NCBI RefSeq assembly: GCF_018350175.1
Contig: NC_058368.1
Span: 12,400,001 to 12,464,000 of the forward strand
Direction of reading: 5' to 3'
DNA from: Felis catus
Lineage: Eukaryota
DNA: 64,000 bases
How positions within the stretch are numbered: the stretch's first letter is position 1; every line of letters starts with the position of its first letter. Positions 25,530-37,416 of the stretch are shown here, piece by piece. A model generated the notes under the pieces. The model saw only the letters and a list, made by a program, of their open reading frames with translations. It was not told the origin of the DNA and did not search any database. A program made the translations under genes and the position numbers.

Positions 25530-26260
25530 TACATCTTGGATTTGGAAAGGATATTAAATATCTTCTAATCCAACCACCCAACTACTATACAGATCAATTA
25601 AGTAATACTCTACCCACATATATGAAGTGTTTTTATTTCACTGAGGACGACAAACTGTTTAGGAAAGTTTTTCCTTATAATTTCCATCCACTGGCTCAAT
25701 TGCTATCTTTTAGATTGAGTCCAGTCTGTCAGTATCTCTTTAAGAATATGGCTCCCACCCTAAACTTAGAGCTCTAGAAACAGTCAAGCACGGTAGCTCA
25801 TGATACAATATGTGAATACCTCCTCCATTCAGGGCATTGTATTTCTGCTGGTCCAGTTTAAGATACGGGATGTTGGATTTTTTTAATCTATATTTACTCA
25901 ATCATTAATTCAGTATGGACTGAATGCTTGTACAGCACTGTAATAAGTATGGAAGCCACAAAGGTGATTACATGTGGTTTCTGCTCTCAAGGGATAGTCT
26001 GCCAGGGAAGATAGAAAAGAGATTCACCATTACACCAATGTTAAGTGTTATGTCACAGATTCTGTTTTACAGCCAATCTAAGTGCTTAAGCCTTGTGGTA
26101 TTTATGTATCTTCACAAAACGTGCTGCTAAATGAGTGTTCTCTATTCTGTACTTAACAAATGACCTTTCAAACTAAAGAACAGGTCTTTCAACTTATTGG
26201 AATTATTGAGATATTTTCAGTTCCAGATTTTCTTCTCCAACTATTTAATTCTGCCTTGTT
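25530..26260 (-). mobile_element. Ancient L3/CR1 LINE 3' fragments, interrupted by an L2 piece at ~25895-26060
   Basis: TTGGAAAGGAT...TAATCCAACC, AGGAAAGTTTTTCCTTATA...TTCCATCCACTGG, ATTTCTGCTGGTCCAGTTTAAGAT. Confidence 0.5.
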
Positions 26261-26744
26261 CGTTGATGCAGCTGACAAAAATACCTATATTTTTAAAGCA
26301 TAAAATGAATAGTTAAGTGAGTTCGGAAAAAGGTAAAGTAAGTGTAGGAAAATAATGAAGCTAAGGCTGAAATCAGTTTACAGAACTATAAGCCACACAA
26401 TTCTGTACATTTGTAGGAGGTGGCTGAAGATTCCTATGTGACAAAGCAAAAGGAAAATAAGATCAATTACAAAACTCAGCATACCCATAAGATAAAAACA
26501 AAAAGGTGATTCAAGATAAACACAGATCAACAGATATTGAGACCCCCCCAAGAAAACTTTTCTCATAAATAAAAGGCCCTCATAAAGAATCAGCATCTTC
26601 AATGATACTGGATCTGGTAACAAAGTTGAGCTCATAATATCTTATCTGCCTCCTTCAATGCCAATAATAGTAAAATAACAAGCACTATTTGGGAAAAGTA
26701 GCTTCTATGAGGGCCTCCAGGAAACATGATATAAGTATGCTCTT

Positions 26745-27520
26745 CACTGTGATCATCTAAACTATGCACTAAACAATATCACTTCCCTACTTAAAATACA
26801 TCAAAAGTTTTCCATTCCACCTAGAACAAAACCCAAACTCATTACCTGGCCCACAAGGTCTTGCACAATCTACTCCCTGCTTACCACTCCCACCTCATCA
26901 CCCAGCCTCCTCCACTTTGCTACCTCAGAATCCTCTTTCCACACATGCTACCCCTTAGCCTGGATTCTCTTCATGGAGTCCTTCCATCCCTGGCTCCTTT
27001 TCAGATTTCAAGTATCAATTTAACTGGTATATCTCAGGCAAGCCATCCCTGTTTGCTTTACCTAAGCAGAAGCAACACTCCATTTATCTCTATAGCACCT
27101 TCTAAATCTATAACCACAGGGACCCCTGTGTGGCTCAATTGGTTAAGCATCCGACTTCAGCTCAGGTAGTGATCTCATGGTTTGTGGGTTCTATCCCCAC
27201 ATTGGGCTCTATGCTGACAGCTCAGAGCCTGGAGCCTGCTTCAGACTCTGTGTCTCCCTCTCTCTCTCTCTCTGCCCCTCCTCTTCTTGCACTGTTTCTC
27301 TCTGTCAAAAAATAAATAAACATTAAAAGAATTTAAAAAATAAATTTATAATCACATATTTATTTGTTCATTAAGTCACACATTGCCTTTTGCCCCCAGT
27401 AGATTTTCATGACTGAACCGTGTCTATTCCATTCACATTCTACACTCAGTGCCTTTCACAAGGCCTGGCACATAGTGGGAAATCAATAGCAATTGGTTTA
27501 ATAAATGATTAAATAAGTAA
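26745..27520 (+). mobile_element. L2 3' region containing a SINEC
   Basis: TCACTTCCCTACTTAAAA...CCCAAACTC...GCCTGGCACATAGTGGGAAATCAATA tail. Confidence 0.8.
27119..27340 (+). mobile_element. SINEC (felid type)
   Basis: TSD TAAATyTATAAyCACA at 27103-27118 and 27341-27356. Confidence 0.95.
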
Positions 27521-27954
27521 TCGAACAAATGATAATTTGAATTTTCCAAAGATCTGGAATGTCTACAATGTCTACAGGAATGGATGCATATTTTTGAGGC
27601 AATCATCATAAATTTTGCTGTTGTTACTACAACATTTGGATTGGATAAGGATTGGACAGTAGATAATTCAAGGTGTTATTCTCCGGGGTGGGGGAGGAGG
27701 GAGGACTTAAATGTATGTATTTCACTTTGTTGGTTAGTGGCAAAAGTATATGCTTTGACCATCAAACCGAGGGCAGTTTAAGGTTTCTTGGGAATATTAG
27801 GGAGCCTGGAGGGATGAGCAATCTTTGCCCCCTCACAGAGAGAGGCTGAAAGCCATTTAAAAAAGAAAGAAAGAAAGAAAAGCTATCTTCCTGAGCTTTG
27901 AGTCAGCCTGAACACCTGCTGTGCCTTCAATTACAAGGCAAACAACATGGGGCT

Positions 27955-28260
27955 GATTGTTCTTCATGGACCCATGCTGCATCTAGGTTACCAACCACCT
28001 CTGCTTCTTCATGCTCATAAATATCTTTTAATAATTCTTTCAAGAGTTTTGGTGGAAATTTTAATCAACTTACTGTCTGGTATTTTCTAGAACCTATGTG
28101 TTTTTGCCCTACTTGAAAATAACGGTAATTGCTCATTTTTGGTGTTTCTGTTCTTTTCTTTCTTTATGGATTGCCTCTATTACTGGATGGGATCTTTCAG
28201 TCTCTTAGGTGGGATTTGTCTGCACTTAGAAATTTATCCTCATTTACATCAGATTAGATT
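27955..28260 (-). mobile_element. L3/CR1 ORF2 relic
   Basis: CCATGCTG...ATCTTTTAATAATTCTTTCAAGAGTTTTG...CAACTTACTGTCTGGTATTTTCTAGAACC resembles the CR1 RT region in antisense. Confidence 0.5.
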
Positions 28261-29064
28261 CTATAAACTCTGTCCCTATCTTAAACAAGTGAATATATTT
28301 TTTCAATGTTGACTCAAATTATAATTTGAATATAAAAAGGAAGCTTGCTCATTAAAGAAATCCTATGATGAGCCCTTTGGAAAATCCTTTATTGATTCTC
28401 CACATTATTTGTTTTGTAAATATTTGATATTGCCCAATGAAAGGTACACCATTATTTAGATTGTATGCTGACCTGTTGCTCTGGAACCAGTCTCCATTCT
28501 TTATATAATTGCTTCCCATCTGGCATCATGCAACAGTTGGGCTCTAAGAAAGGTGTGTAAATAATCATGGCCCACAAACTGGAAGAATAAGAGTGTGGGA
28601 TTCATAATGCAATTGCATTTCTTATATATTTAAACTAATATAAGTTCTTGGATATATTTAGCTCAGTACACTAAGAATATGATAGAATGTTTTTTCTCCT
28701 TATTCCTAATACAAGACCATTAATCTATACTTTAAAGAATGGCAAGTATCAGGAGGAGTAACAGCATTAAAACACATCCTACAAAGAAAGAAACACTACA
28801 AAATTGAGAAGGTACCAAGATAGCTTTCTAGAACCCTAGAAACCAGTATCAGTGGAACTTTGAGGTGATGGGGAAGACACATTTCATGGTTTATGGCTGG
28901 ACAATAAGGGGAGATTCCACTTTTGGGTTGCGAGGAATGACTTGACCAAAGGTGATTGTGCTGTAATGAAAAACTGATTTTTTTGGTGGCATCTTGTTTC
29001 TCATAAATGGAGACAAAGCCACTAATTAACATGTGCCACAGTACCTTTCTTTCACCCTTTCCTA

Positions 29065-29350
29065 GTCAAATATTTCTAGTGCATAGTTCATGCCAGGCAC
29101 AGTGCTAGGCACCAGTGGTACAAAGATGGACAGAGTGGTACAAAGAGGGACTGTCCCTCTTCTCCACAGTATGATTTATCATGGCAAAAGCTGAGGACAG
29201 TTACAACCACCGGACTTGATCATATAACAGAGTGTGAAGAGGCGACTGTAGGAGCAGAGTAGCCAGATCAGAACAGGACCAAATTCATTCTGCACAGCAG
29301 GAAACGCAGTGCTGAGCCTGAACGGATACAAATCTGGGTGAGATTAAGGG
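29065..29350 (-). mobile_element. L2 fragment with an internal ~20-bp duplication (29114-29151)
   Basis: ATGCCAGGCACAGTGCTAGGCAC...AGTGGTACAAAGA x2. Confidence 0.65.
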
Positions 29351-29862
29351 GAAGACAATATCAAGAAAAACGTGGTCATGAAAAAGAAAAAAAGAAAAAA
29401 ATACATTAATACTTTCCTATGTGATGCTCCCTTCTTTAGTTAATAAGAGGAATTAGTGTTTCAAATCACCATGTTACAGAGACCTCCCAGATACTAAGAC
29501 TCAACTTGGGAGCAGACACCCCTCCCCTAAATGTTCTACATGAGTCATTCTCCCGTTTCCCCACCAAAGCTCTCAAGTGGGGGGATACTTTTCAGCTACA
29601 GCGATTTCCTAGAAGTACTCAACTTTTTAGAAGAAGGTGAATTCACTATGGTGAATAATGGTAAAGAACTAAGAAGGCAAACTGAATTCAGGATTTATAG
29701 GCTTGGGCAGAAGTAAGAGGGGTCTGCCAGAAGGGTTCATAGGGAAAACATGTGTAGGAAGTCCTGAATCTATCTACCCATCAAATGGTACTCTGGCATT
29801 GTGAAAACAAGCTATCCTTTGCCTAACCAGCTTTCAAAATCAGTACAATGGTACTTAAAAAA

Positions 29863-30058
29863 ATTTTTTTTAATGTTTATTTATTTTTGAGAGAGAGACA
29901 GAGCATGAGTGGGGGAGGGGCAGAGAGAGAGGGAAACAGAATGGGAAGCAGGCTCCAGGCTCTGAGCTGTCAGCAGGAGCCCGACATGGGGCTCAAACTC
30001 AGGACCGTGAGATCGTGACCTGAGCCAAAGTCAGATGCTTAACCCAGTCAGGTGCCCC
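29863..30058 (-). mobile_element. SINEC (felid type)
   Basis: TSD AGTACAATG at 29842-29850 and 30059-30067. Confidence 0.95.
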
Positions 30059-30739
30059 AGTACAATGCAACTTTTAAAGACAAATCAGGTTTCCAAACCT
30101 ACACCCATGGGTGCTTCTTTGAGTTAAGGGAAGGAAAAGGTATTGCTTGGCTATTATGTCTGTTTCACACAGCCTTTCTGGAGGAGTTCCTTTTTGTTCT
30201 AGAATATATGTGTGTCTATAGATCTATAGAGACTGTCTTGAGATTTCTCATTTGACTATTTCTTTAGAGCTTGATGTTTATTGAAGCCTGCAGTGGCCTC
30301 TGGCCAACCTCCAAGAGCATAATCATAATCACACTGCCTCCTAAGACACAGACCTGTTTAAACAGACCACGCACACCATACATAGCTGGGCGTGGTTACC
30401 TCGTCTTTATGGCGCTCCACCAAGATGACTCACACTAATCAATCACGGGAAAACACAAAATACCAAAAATGTGTTTGCTACACAGAAGGATAGAGCATAC
30501 CAAAAGCTGCTCTTAGTCTTTGATGAGCTTCTTTCTCTCATTCTCTAACTCAGGGGATGTCAAGGACTATTCTTGGCCTTGGTTTCTTTCTCAATTTGGA
30601 TTACCTTAGAAAACCCAGTCCCATAGCATTCTGTTAATCAATCAGTGTTTGTTGTTGCATTTGGAAAATGAGGAGCACAAAATGGTGCAGTATCTACTAC
30701 AATTACATTTTGTAAAAAAAATAAATAAAATTAATTAAT

Positions 30740-30890
30740 TACTTAAATGCATGGTAAAAAAAAAGATTAGAAGAAAACACATCAAAAACACAATTGTGTC
30801 CATTTTTAGGATGGTGGAATTATGGGTGATGTCTTTTAAATTTCCATTTTCCAAATATTCTGTCATACGATTAATTATATTTTTTTATAT
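30740..30890 (+). mobile_element. Old L1 (L1ME-like) 3' UTR fragment
   Basis: GGATGGTGGAATTATGGGTGAT...TTTTCCAAATATTCT. Confidence 0.55.
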
Positions 30891-31063
30891 AATGAGGGGA
30901 TCATTATCCAGTGATAATCATCTGATAATCATTACCCAGTGAATCATGTCAGGAGGTGTGGAGAAGGACCTCGGCCTCAGTTTATTTCCAACTGGTTCTG
31001 TGTCTCACAGATATAAGATAGGAGATAAATCTGCACAAAAATGATAGATATGGTCTAACACAG

Positions 31064-31097
31064 CTTGAACTTCCTTAGTGCTTGAACTTCCTTAGTG
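31064..31097. repeat. Perfect 17-bp tandem duplication
   Basis: CTTGAACTTCCTTAGTG x2. Confidence 0.95.
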
Positions 31098-31147
31098 CCT
31101 AACACGGTATTAGGCAAAACCCCAGTGTTCAAAATAAGAGAAAGATT

Positions 31148-31256
31148 AAGAGAAAGAGAAAGAGAAAGAGAAAGAGGAAGAGGAAGAGGAAGAGAAAGAG
31201 AAAGAAAGAGACAGGGAGAGAGAAACAGAGAGAGAGAGAGAGAGAGGGAGGAGAAG
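31148..31256. repeat. GA-rich simple repeat
   Basis: (GAGAAA)n/(GAGGAA)n/(GA)n. Pure purine from 31148 to 31211. Confidence 0.95.
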
Positions 31257-31813
31257 TGTATGGATTCCATTTTCAAAATGTTTCTCACATCCATTCCTTC
31301 TTGAGTTACTTCCTCCACTGTGTAGGGACCAGCCCCCAAGCCTAGATGACTCTGACAGTCCAGCTTGTGTCTCTGTGTCCACTCTTGCCTATCTGAGTAC
31401 CACCTGAGCATCACAGAACACTTCGCTTCTCAGGATAGCACTTCCATACTATTAGTCTCCTGTTGCAAAATACCAAATAATGTCCCAGATCTACCACTTA
31501 CTGTGTAAGGTTCTGAGTCGCTTAAGGTGCCCCTTTCCTTATTTACACGCTTTATATGTATATACATATAAACAAGCAGGCCAAGTATATATGATAATCA
31601 TTCCGTTCCCATCCTTCGTTTCAACTGGATTAGCATTTAAACCAAGAAAAAAAAAATGACTAGTTGAAAGAGGACTTTGTATCACTTCTTGAATGTCACT
31701 TTTTGGGGAAAGATGCACTGGGAGCACCAAGAACTGTCAACTGCACAAGACCCAATCTCTAGATATATGAAAGGATCTTCTCAGCTATTCTTGGGTTTAA
31801 AACCTGGGACAGA

Positions 31814-32029
31814 GGGGCGCCTGGGTGGCTCAGTTGGCTAACATCCTACTTCAGCTCAGGTCATGATTTTGAGGTTCTTGAGTTCAAGCCCTGTGTCAGG
31901 CTCCATGCTGACAGCTTGGAGCCTGGAGCCTGCTTCCGATTCTGGGTCTCCCTCTCTCTTGGCCTCTGACCCATCTCAAAAACAAATAAACATTAAGAAA
32001 AAAAAATCTAAAAAAAATAAAAATAAAAA
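31814..32029 (+). mobile_element. SINEC (felid type)
   Basis: TSD TAAAACCTGGGA at 31798-31809 and 32030-32041. Confidence 0.95.
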
Positions 32030-32849
32030 TAAAACCTGGGATACATAACATGTTATATCCTTACAGCTGTTTTCTAAGAATGGATTTTTAGTTCAGTTTT
32101 AAGCATACTGAAGTTCTTAACTCCCAACAATGAGAAAAATCCATTTAAACAATATAGTGGTGACACCAGGAAACATTTGGACAATGTGTTCCATACACTT
32201 TTTATCCAAATACTTCCTGAAAATTGACTCAGAAGTGCTGTGCCAATTGAAATACTAGTGTATTTCAAATTCTAATTTAAAAAGAAACTTTTAAAGGCAT
32301 TATCCTTTTCTGAGAGTGGGGGAAGAGAAAATGAATTTAATGTTAAAAAGCAAAACAAAACAAAACAGACTTGGCCCATAATGACTCAGATCTGGACCCA
32401 GGAGGTCCTTTTTAGTATCTCTTGGGTCCCCTGTGGTCAGGGTTGGGAAGTCATTCTGTGGTTCTAAATTTTGCACAGAAGCAACCTCTCCGTACCATAT
32501 TTTTACCACCCCGCTCTCAATAGTTAGGTGAATGGGCACAGGCATTTGGAATCACTTTTATTCAACAACTGTTTTTTGAACTCCTACTTTTTGCCAGGCG
32601 ATATTCTTAGTGCTGGGAAGGCAGCAATGAATAAAACAAACAACGATCAGTGTCCTAGTGAAGCTCCTGTTCTAACCAATGAACATAACAGACTGGGTTT
32701 ATTAACCTATGATCTATGAGCCACCTAAATTCTGGAATTGTTTACAAAATTTTGTGCGTACCTTTATTTTTCTAGAGCATAGACTTTTAGATGTTATTGG
32801 ATTTTCAAAATATGCTGTAACTATCCAAGACTTTTTTAAATGACTCTAA

Positions 32850-33065
32850 GGTATAGTTCTAGAACACACAGAACTGTGGCTTTAAAGTCAAGTCAACGTG
32901 TGTTCAAAGTCAGGCTCTGCTATTTATTAACTATATAAGCTTGGGCAAATAAAAATTCATTCATTTTTCCACACCTCTGTTTTCTCATCTATAAAACTGA
33001 GGTTAGGCCTCATAAAGCTCTCATGGGGATTGAATCAGATCATGTATGTGACTAGCACACTGTAA
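32850..33065 (+). mobile_element. MIR
   Basis: GGCTCTGCTATTTATTAACT...CCTCTGTTTTCTCATCTATAAAA. Confidence 0.75.
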
Positions 33066-33577
33066 GGTTAGTGCCTTCTTCCCCATCCTCATCTTGTAGG
33101 TTCTGATCCAAAATACGAGTGAGACCTTTGAATCAAGTTCAAAGCACAATGATAGAATGGTTGCCTTCAACAGCTCAGAGTTCCTCATCCCGAGAGGCTT
33201 TCGATTTCAGTGCCCTCAACCATACCGGAAATGCCATAGGTTAGTGAAGAAAGTCCTTTCAAAACTGCAAGTTTATGGTTCCATGAAATCACCAGCATTA
33301 TTTGTACCAAAAAGGTGGATGCCTAGAATTTTCTTTGGTGAGTACTTTATGACTCAGTGAACAGCCAAGCGTTGTTCTTTGATACTCTAAGTGGAATAAA
33401 TGCTTGTATTAAGCTATATTAATGCTATTCGGTGCAATTTTCTTAGTGTAACTCCAGAAAGACAATACTCATGATGATAATGAAATTGTTCATTTGTTTA
33501 GCATTTTATAATTTTTGAAGACTTCAAAGTTATAAATTAAAGCCCTTCTTTTTACTTGATAATGAACACAACGCTTT

Positions 33578-33726
33578 ATTTTACTTTTTTTAATTTTTAT
33601 TTTTAGAGAGAGAGTGGGCAGGGAAGAGGGGCAGAAGGAGAAAGAGACGATCTCAAGCAGGCTCCATGCTCAGCACAGAGCCTGATGTGGGGCTCGATCC
33701 CACGCCCCTGGGATCATGACCTGAGC
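33578..33726 (-). mobile_element. 5'-truncated SINEC
   Basis: T tail, GA tract, GGGGCTCGATCCCAC...GATCATGACCTGAGC. Confidence 0.9.
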
Positions 33727-33814
33727 ACTGTGCATTTCCCTTATAGCCTGTCCCAGTTGCATTGTGATATGGGTGGGGGAGGGGTGAGCATTAGATTAAT
33801 TAGGATTAGATTAA

Positions 33815-33935
33815 TACCTCCCCTAGTTTGTACATCCTATGAAGGCAGGGAGCATGTATGTTACTGCTCATTATTGTATCTAAGAATTTGGCCCAGTGCC
33901 TGGCACATAGGAGTGAATAGTAAATTTTAGTAGAA
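33815..33935 (+). mobile_element. L2 3' end
   Basis: GAAGGCAGGG...CAGTGCCTGGCACATAGGAG. Confidence 0.75.
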
Positions 33936-34639
33936 CGCACTGTTGGGTGAAAGGCAAATAGGGCATCTGACCACTCAGTGGGGTTGAAGCATGGGAACCC
34001 GCTGCCTTCACTATTACTTTATCCCTCCTCCCCCACACTGTATCTTCTCTTCTCTCTCTCCTCTTCCGGATTGGACTCTGTTCTAATTAAAGATGTGTAA
34101 AGATGTGCCTTTTAGGTTAGTATGTTAAGTCTTGGTTTATAGAGCAGGACTAACTTAGGGAGAACTGGAAGTTGCTGATACATATCAAATGTCTCTCTCT
34201 CAGTCAAGTTCTGCCCTGGGAATTTCCACCTTGAGTTTCTTTTTCTTAGAAAACCTGCGCTCACCCACTTATTTTTAAATTGTTCTCACAATTATAGCCC
34301 TTCTTTCACCCTTGTGCCTCCAAGCAGACCTCATGCTCATGCAGAAGTAAAGGGAGAAAGATTGATACGACCAACAAAGCAACATTAAGCCAAAGGAAAG
34401 TCACTGTGTTGCCCTAAAGATACTGAAGTTTCGAGAAAAGCTGGCATTAGCGAACACCTACCTGGAGGAAGCATGGAAGAAGAAAATGGTGATGACGCCA
34501 GCGACACAGTAATGTCCTCCCACATGCCCGATGCTGAACTACAAGGCTTTGGAAGAACTGCATCTAATATCTGTTAGGTGGAAATAAATGCAGGTTTGGG
34601 CTCGTTCACCTTCGAACCTAGAGAACAGAAGTAGCGAGA

Positions 34640-34770
34640 GCTGACATCTGTTAACACTATGTGTCAGGCACCGTTCTAGGTCCTTTACATACATGTCTCA
34701 TCTAATTCTCAAAACAACCCTGTGAGGCAGTTACTGTGATTTCCTCATTTTACAGATAAAAAAACTGACC
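34640..34770 (-). mobile_element. MIR
   Basis: CAACCCTGTGAGGCAG...CTCATTTTACAGATAAAAAAACTGA. Confidence 0.8.
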
Positions 34771-34829
34771 TCCTGTATTCCTTCCTCCTGCCTCTTCAGC
34801 TCCAGTTTTTCGCATTTCTAGTTGCCGGG

Positions 34830-35300
34830 GTAATCCTCTACAGTGTAGTTCTGATATATTATTTATAAACGTGGAGAGGTGCCCCCATGATAAAAGGATG
34901 AAATCCAAATTCTTTGGTCCAGTAGTAAAGGCCTGTCATAGTAGACTCCATTCTGGTTGTCTGAAAAAGCCTTGAAAGTTTTGACGTTTGTAAGGAAAGA
35001 GATTTCACTCCTGTCCCCACTGCCTGTGAAGCTCTCTTCTCTGTTCCTTTAATTCCTACTCATTTTTTCAAGACCTGACTCAGTGGCCCCCTTCTCTGGG
35101 AAGGCTTTCCAGGCTGTTCTTGCATATACAGCCTCCTCCCTCTTCAGTATTCCTCTGAAACTTATTTATAGTCACTGGGCACTTTCGTTCTGATTCCTTT
35201 GTGTCCTCTCTTACCGCTCTTATTATAAGCTTATTGTACGGGACAAGATGTCCCGTACATGTTTAAACCCCCATCTTGATCCTGTCTTTTGCATCCCTCA
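34830..35300 (+). mobile_element. L2 fragment
   Basis: GGATGAAATCCAAATTC...AATTCCTACTCATTTTTCAAGACC...CTTCTCTGGGAAGGCTTTCC. Confidence 0.65.
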
Positions 35301-35301
35301 G

Positions 35302-35500
35302 AGAGGCAGTGAGGCATAGTGGAAAGAGCACAGCTCGGGAGCCTTCAAGACTTAGGTTCAAATCTTGATTCCTCTTAATGGATGGATAGCCTTAGACTTC
35401 ACTCAGCCTAAATGTCCTCATTTGCAAAACAAAAGGTAATGATACACACCTTGCATTGTACAGTCTTGGGCACAGAGTAAGGGTTCAAGAAATTACTATC
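35302..35500 (+). mobile_element. MIR
   Basis: GGCATAGTGGAAAGAGCAC...TAGGTTCAAATCTTG...TCCTCATTTGCAAAA. Confidence 0.7.
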
Positions 35501-35682
35501 TGAATTTTTGATTGACAGATGATACAATAACTGCTGGCCAAACTCCTAAGAGCCAGAATTCACACAAGGCATATTATATTATATACTGGTATTTAAGTAC
35601 TATGTTCTCAGGCTTGTCAGCGAAATTAAGGAAGAAGAGTGTACTGCATGCCAGTGATATCTAGAGAAGCTTATTCCTTTAT

Positions 35683-35880
35683 GGGGCACCTGGATGGCTC
35701 AGTTGGTTAAGCATCTGATTTCAGCTCAGGTCATAATCTCACAGTTGGTGAGTTCAAGCCCCATGTCCGGCTCTGTGCTGACAGCTCAGAGCCTGGAGCC
35801 TGCTTCGGATTCTGTGTCTCCCTCTCTCTCTGCCCCTCCCCCTCTCGTGCTCTGTCTCTCTCAAAAATAAATAAACATTG
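35683..35880 (+). mobile_element. SINEC (felid type) with almost no A-tail
   Basis: TSD TTATTCCTTTA at 35671-35681 and 35884-35894. Confidence 0.95.
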
Positions 35881-36061
35881 AGATTATTCCTTTAAATCCA
35901 AGTGGTAAAGTAATGATTAGCACTGTGCACATTCAATGAGAACGAGTTCCAGAAGTGTTTGTAGTTGAACCACATTCCAGCTTATGTCTGATAACAGAAT
36001 TTTCATGCTGGAAACCTGGAAACCTAGGATCCCCAGGCAGCAGAAAACCTCAAAAGATTTC

Positions 36062-36231
36062 CAGTGCTTGTTACTGATAGTGAGGTCGACAACCAGCAGC
36101 CTGGGCAACATCTGGGAGCTTACTGGAAACACAGAACCTCCTCCCCAACTCCCCAACCCACTCAGTCAGAATCTGCATTTTAACTAGATTGGCAGGTGAT
36201 TAGTGGTATATTAAAGTTTCAAGAGGTGCTG
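36062..36231. mobile_element. MER5A-like hAT-Charlie MITE
   Basis: ACCAGCAGC...CTGGGAGCTT...CAGAATCTGCATTTTAAC...GGTGATT...TTAAAGTTT. Confidence 0.8.
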
Positions 36232-36252
36232 TTCTAATATAACCCCCTCTTT

Positions 36253-36465
36253 TTTTATTTAATATTTTTAATTTTTATTCATTTTTGAGAGAGAGAGAGA
36301 CAGAGTGTGAGAGGGGGAGGGGCATAGAGAGAAAAGGAGACACAGAATCCGAAGCAAGCTCCAGGCTCTGAGCTGTCAGCACAGAGCCCTAGGCAGGCTG
36401 GAACCCATGGATCATGACCTAAGCTCAAGCCCGACACTTAATTGACGGAGTCAGCCAGGCGCCCC
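36253..36465 (-). mobile_element. SINEC (felid type)
   Basis: TSD TAACCCCCTCTTT at 36240-36252 and 36466-36478. Confidence 0.95.
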
Positions 36466-37095
36466 TAACCCCCTCTTTCCATCGACCAGGAATATGGGTG
36501 TATTGGATTTTCCCAGGTTGTGAAATCTGCCACCTGCAGACACAACGCTGGCTGAGGTGCTTTAAAGTTGATGTTTTTGACCTTTCTGCTGAGCCACAGA
36601 TCCTTACATGATTAGGTGAATGTTTTAGGCACTGCTTTGAATGTTTTTACTCAATTACATCACATTTTTAATATTACTTATCACTGGAAGTAAAATTATT
36701 TTTCTTAAATATCTTATTGATTTAGATGGCCTTTAGTTTTAAGAAAAGAGCTGAAGTTTATTGTTGGGACAAAAATATTTTAAACACTTATAGGAGCGTG
36801 TTTTAGTGCTTAACATTAATTTCACAGAATTAAATTCTGAAACCCCTCTTTTTAATTTTTTTAAAATTATCAACATTCCATGTGATCAAAAAATCCAGCT
36901 TAAAAATACTTGATTTTCCTTGCAGACATAAAGACAAGAATTCTGTATATTTTTAAAACTCCACATCTCTGAATTAAGGAATTTTGTAACTTTGAAGAAT
37001 GAGGGTTGTTTTTGTTTTTTTTTAAGTAAAAGTTAATGTTCTTCTGGAACACCTATTGAAATTCTACCTGTTTCTTCAAGATCTACCCACAATGT

Positions 37096-37416
37096 CTGTG
37101 TCTCCCTCTCTCTCTATGCCCCTCCCTGACTTGTGTGTGCTGTCTCTCTCTCTCTCTCTCTCCCCTCTCTCAAAAATAAATAAAAGCATTAAAAAAATGG
37201 GTGCATGGTTGGCTCAGTCCGTTAAGCGTCTGACATGGGCTCAGGTCATGATCTCGCCGTTCACAAGTTCAAGCCCCACGTTGGGCTCTGTTCTGACCAC
37301 TCAGAGCCTGGAGCCTGCTTTGGATTCTGTGTCTCCCTCTCTATGCCCCTCCCCAACTTGTGCTTGCTCGCTCTCTCTCTCTCTGTCTCTCAAAAATAAA
37401 TAAAAAACATTAAAAA
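37096..37416 (+). mobile_element. SINEC dimer: 5'-truncated monomer 37096-37197 plus full monomer 37199-37416
   Basis: A single perfect 18-bp TSD AAGATCTACCCACAATGT at 37078-37095 and 37417-37434. Confidence 0.92.

Noticed and set aside
31055..31414. Low-complexity ORFs (SLSLS, RERER; also IYIYI at 17486 and VCVCV at 51189)
   Set aside because: They arise from microsatellites that lack stop codons.
36527..36541. CTCF-like motif TCTGCAGGTGGCAG on the minus strand; similar motif at ~42676-42689
   Set aside because: These are imperfect single matches of a kind expected by chance in 64 kb, with no supporting context.
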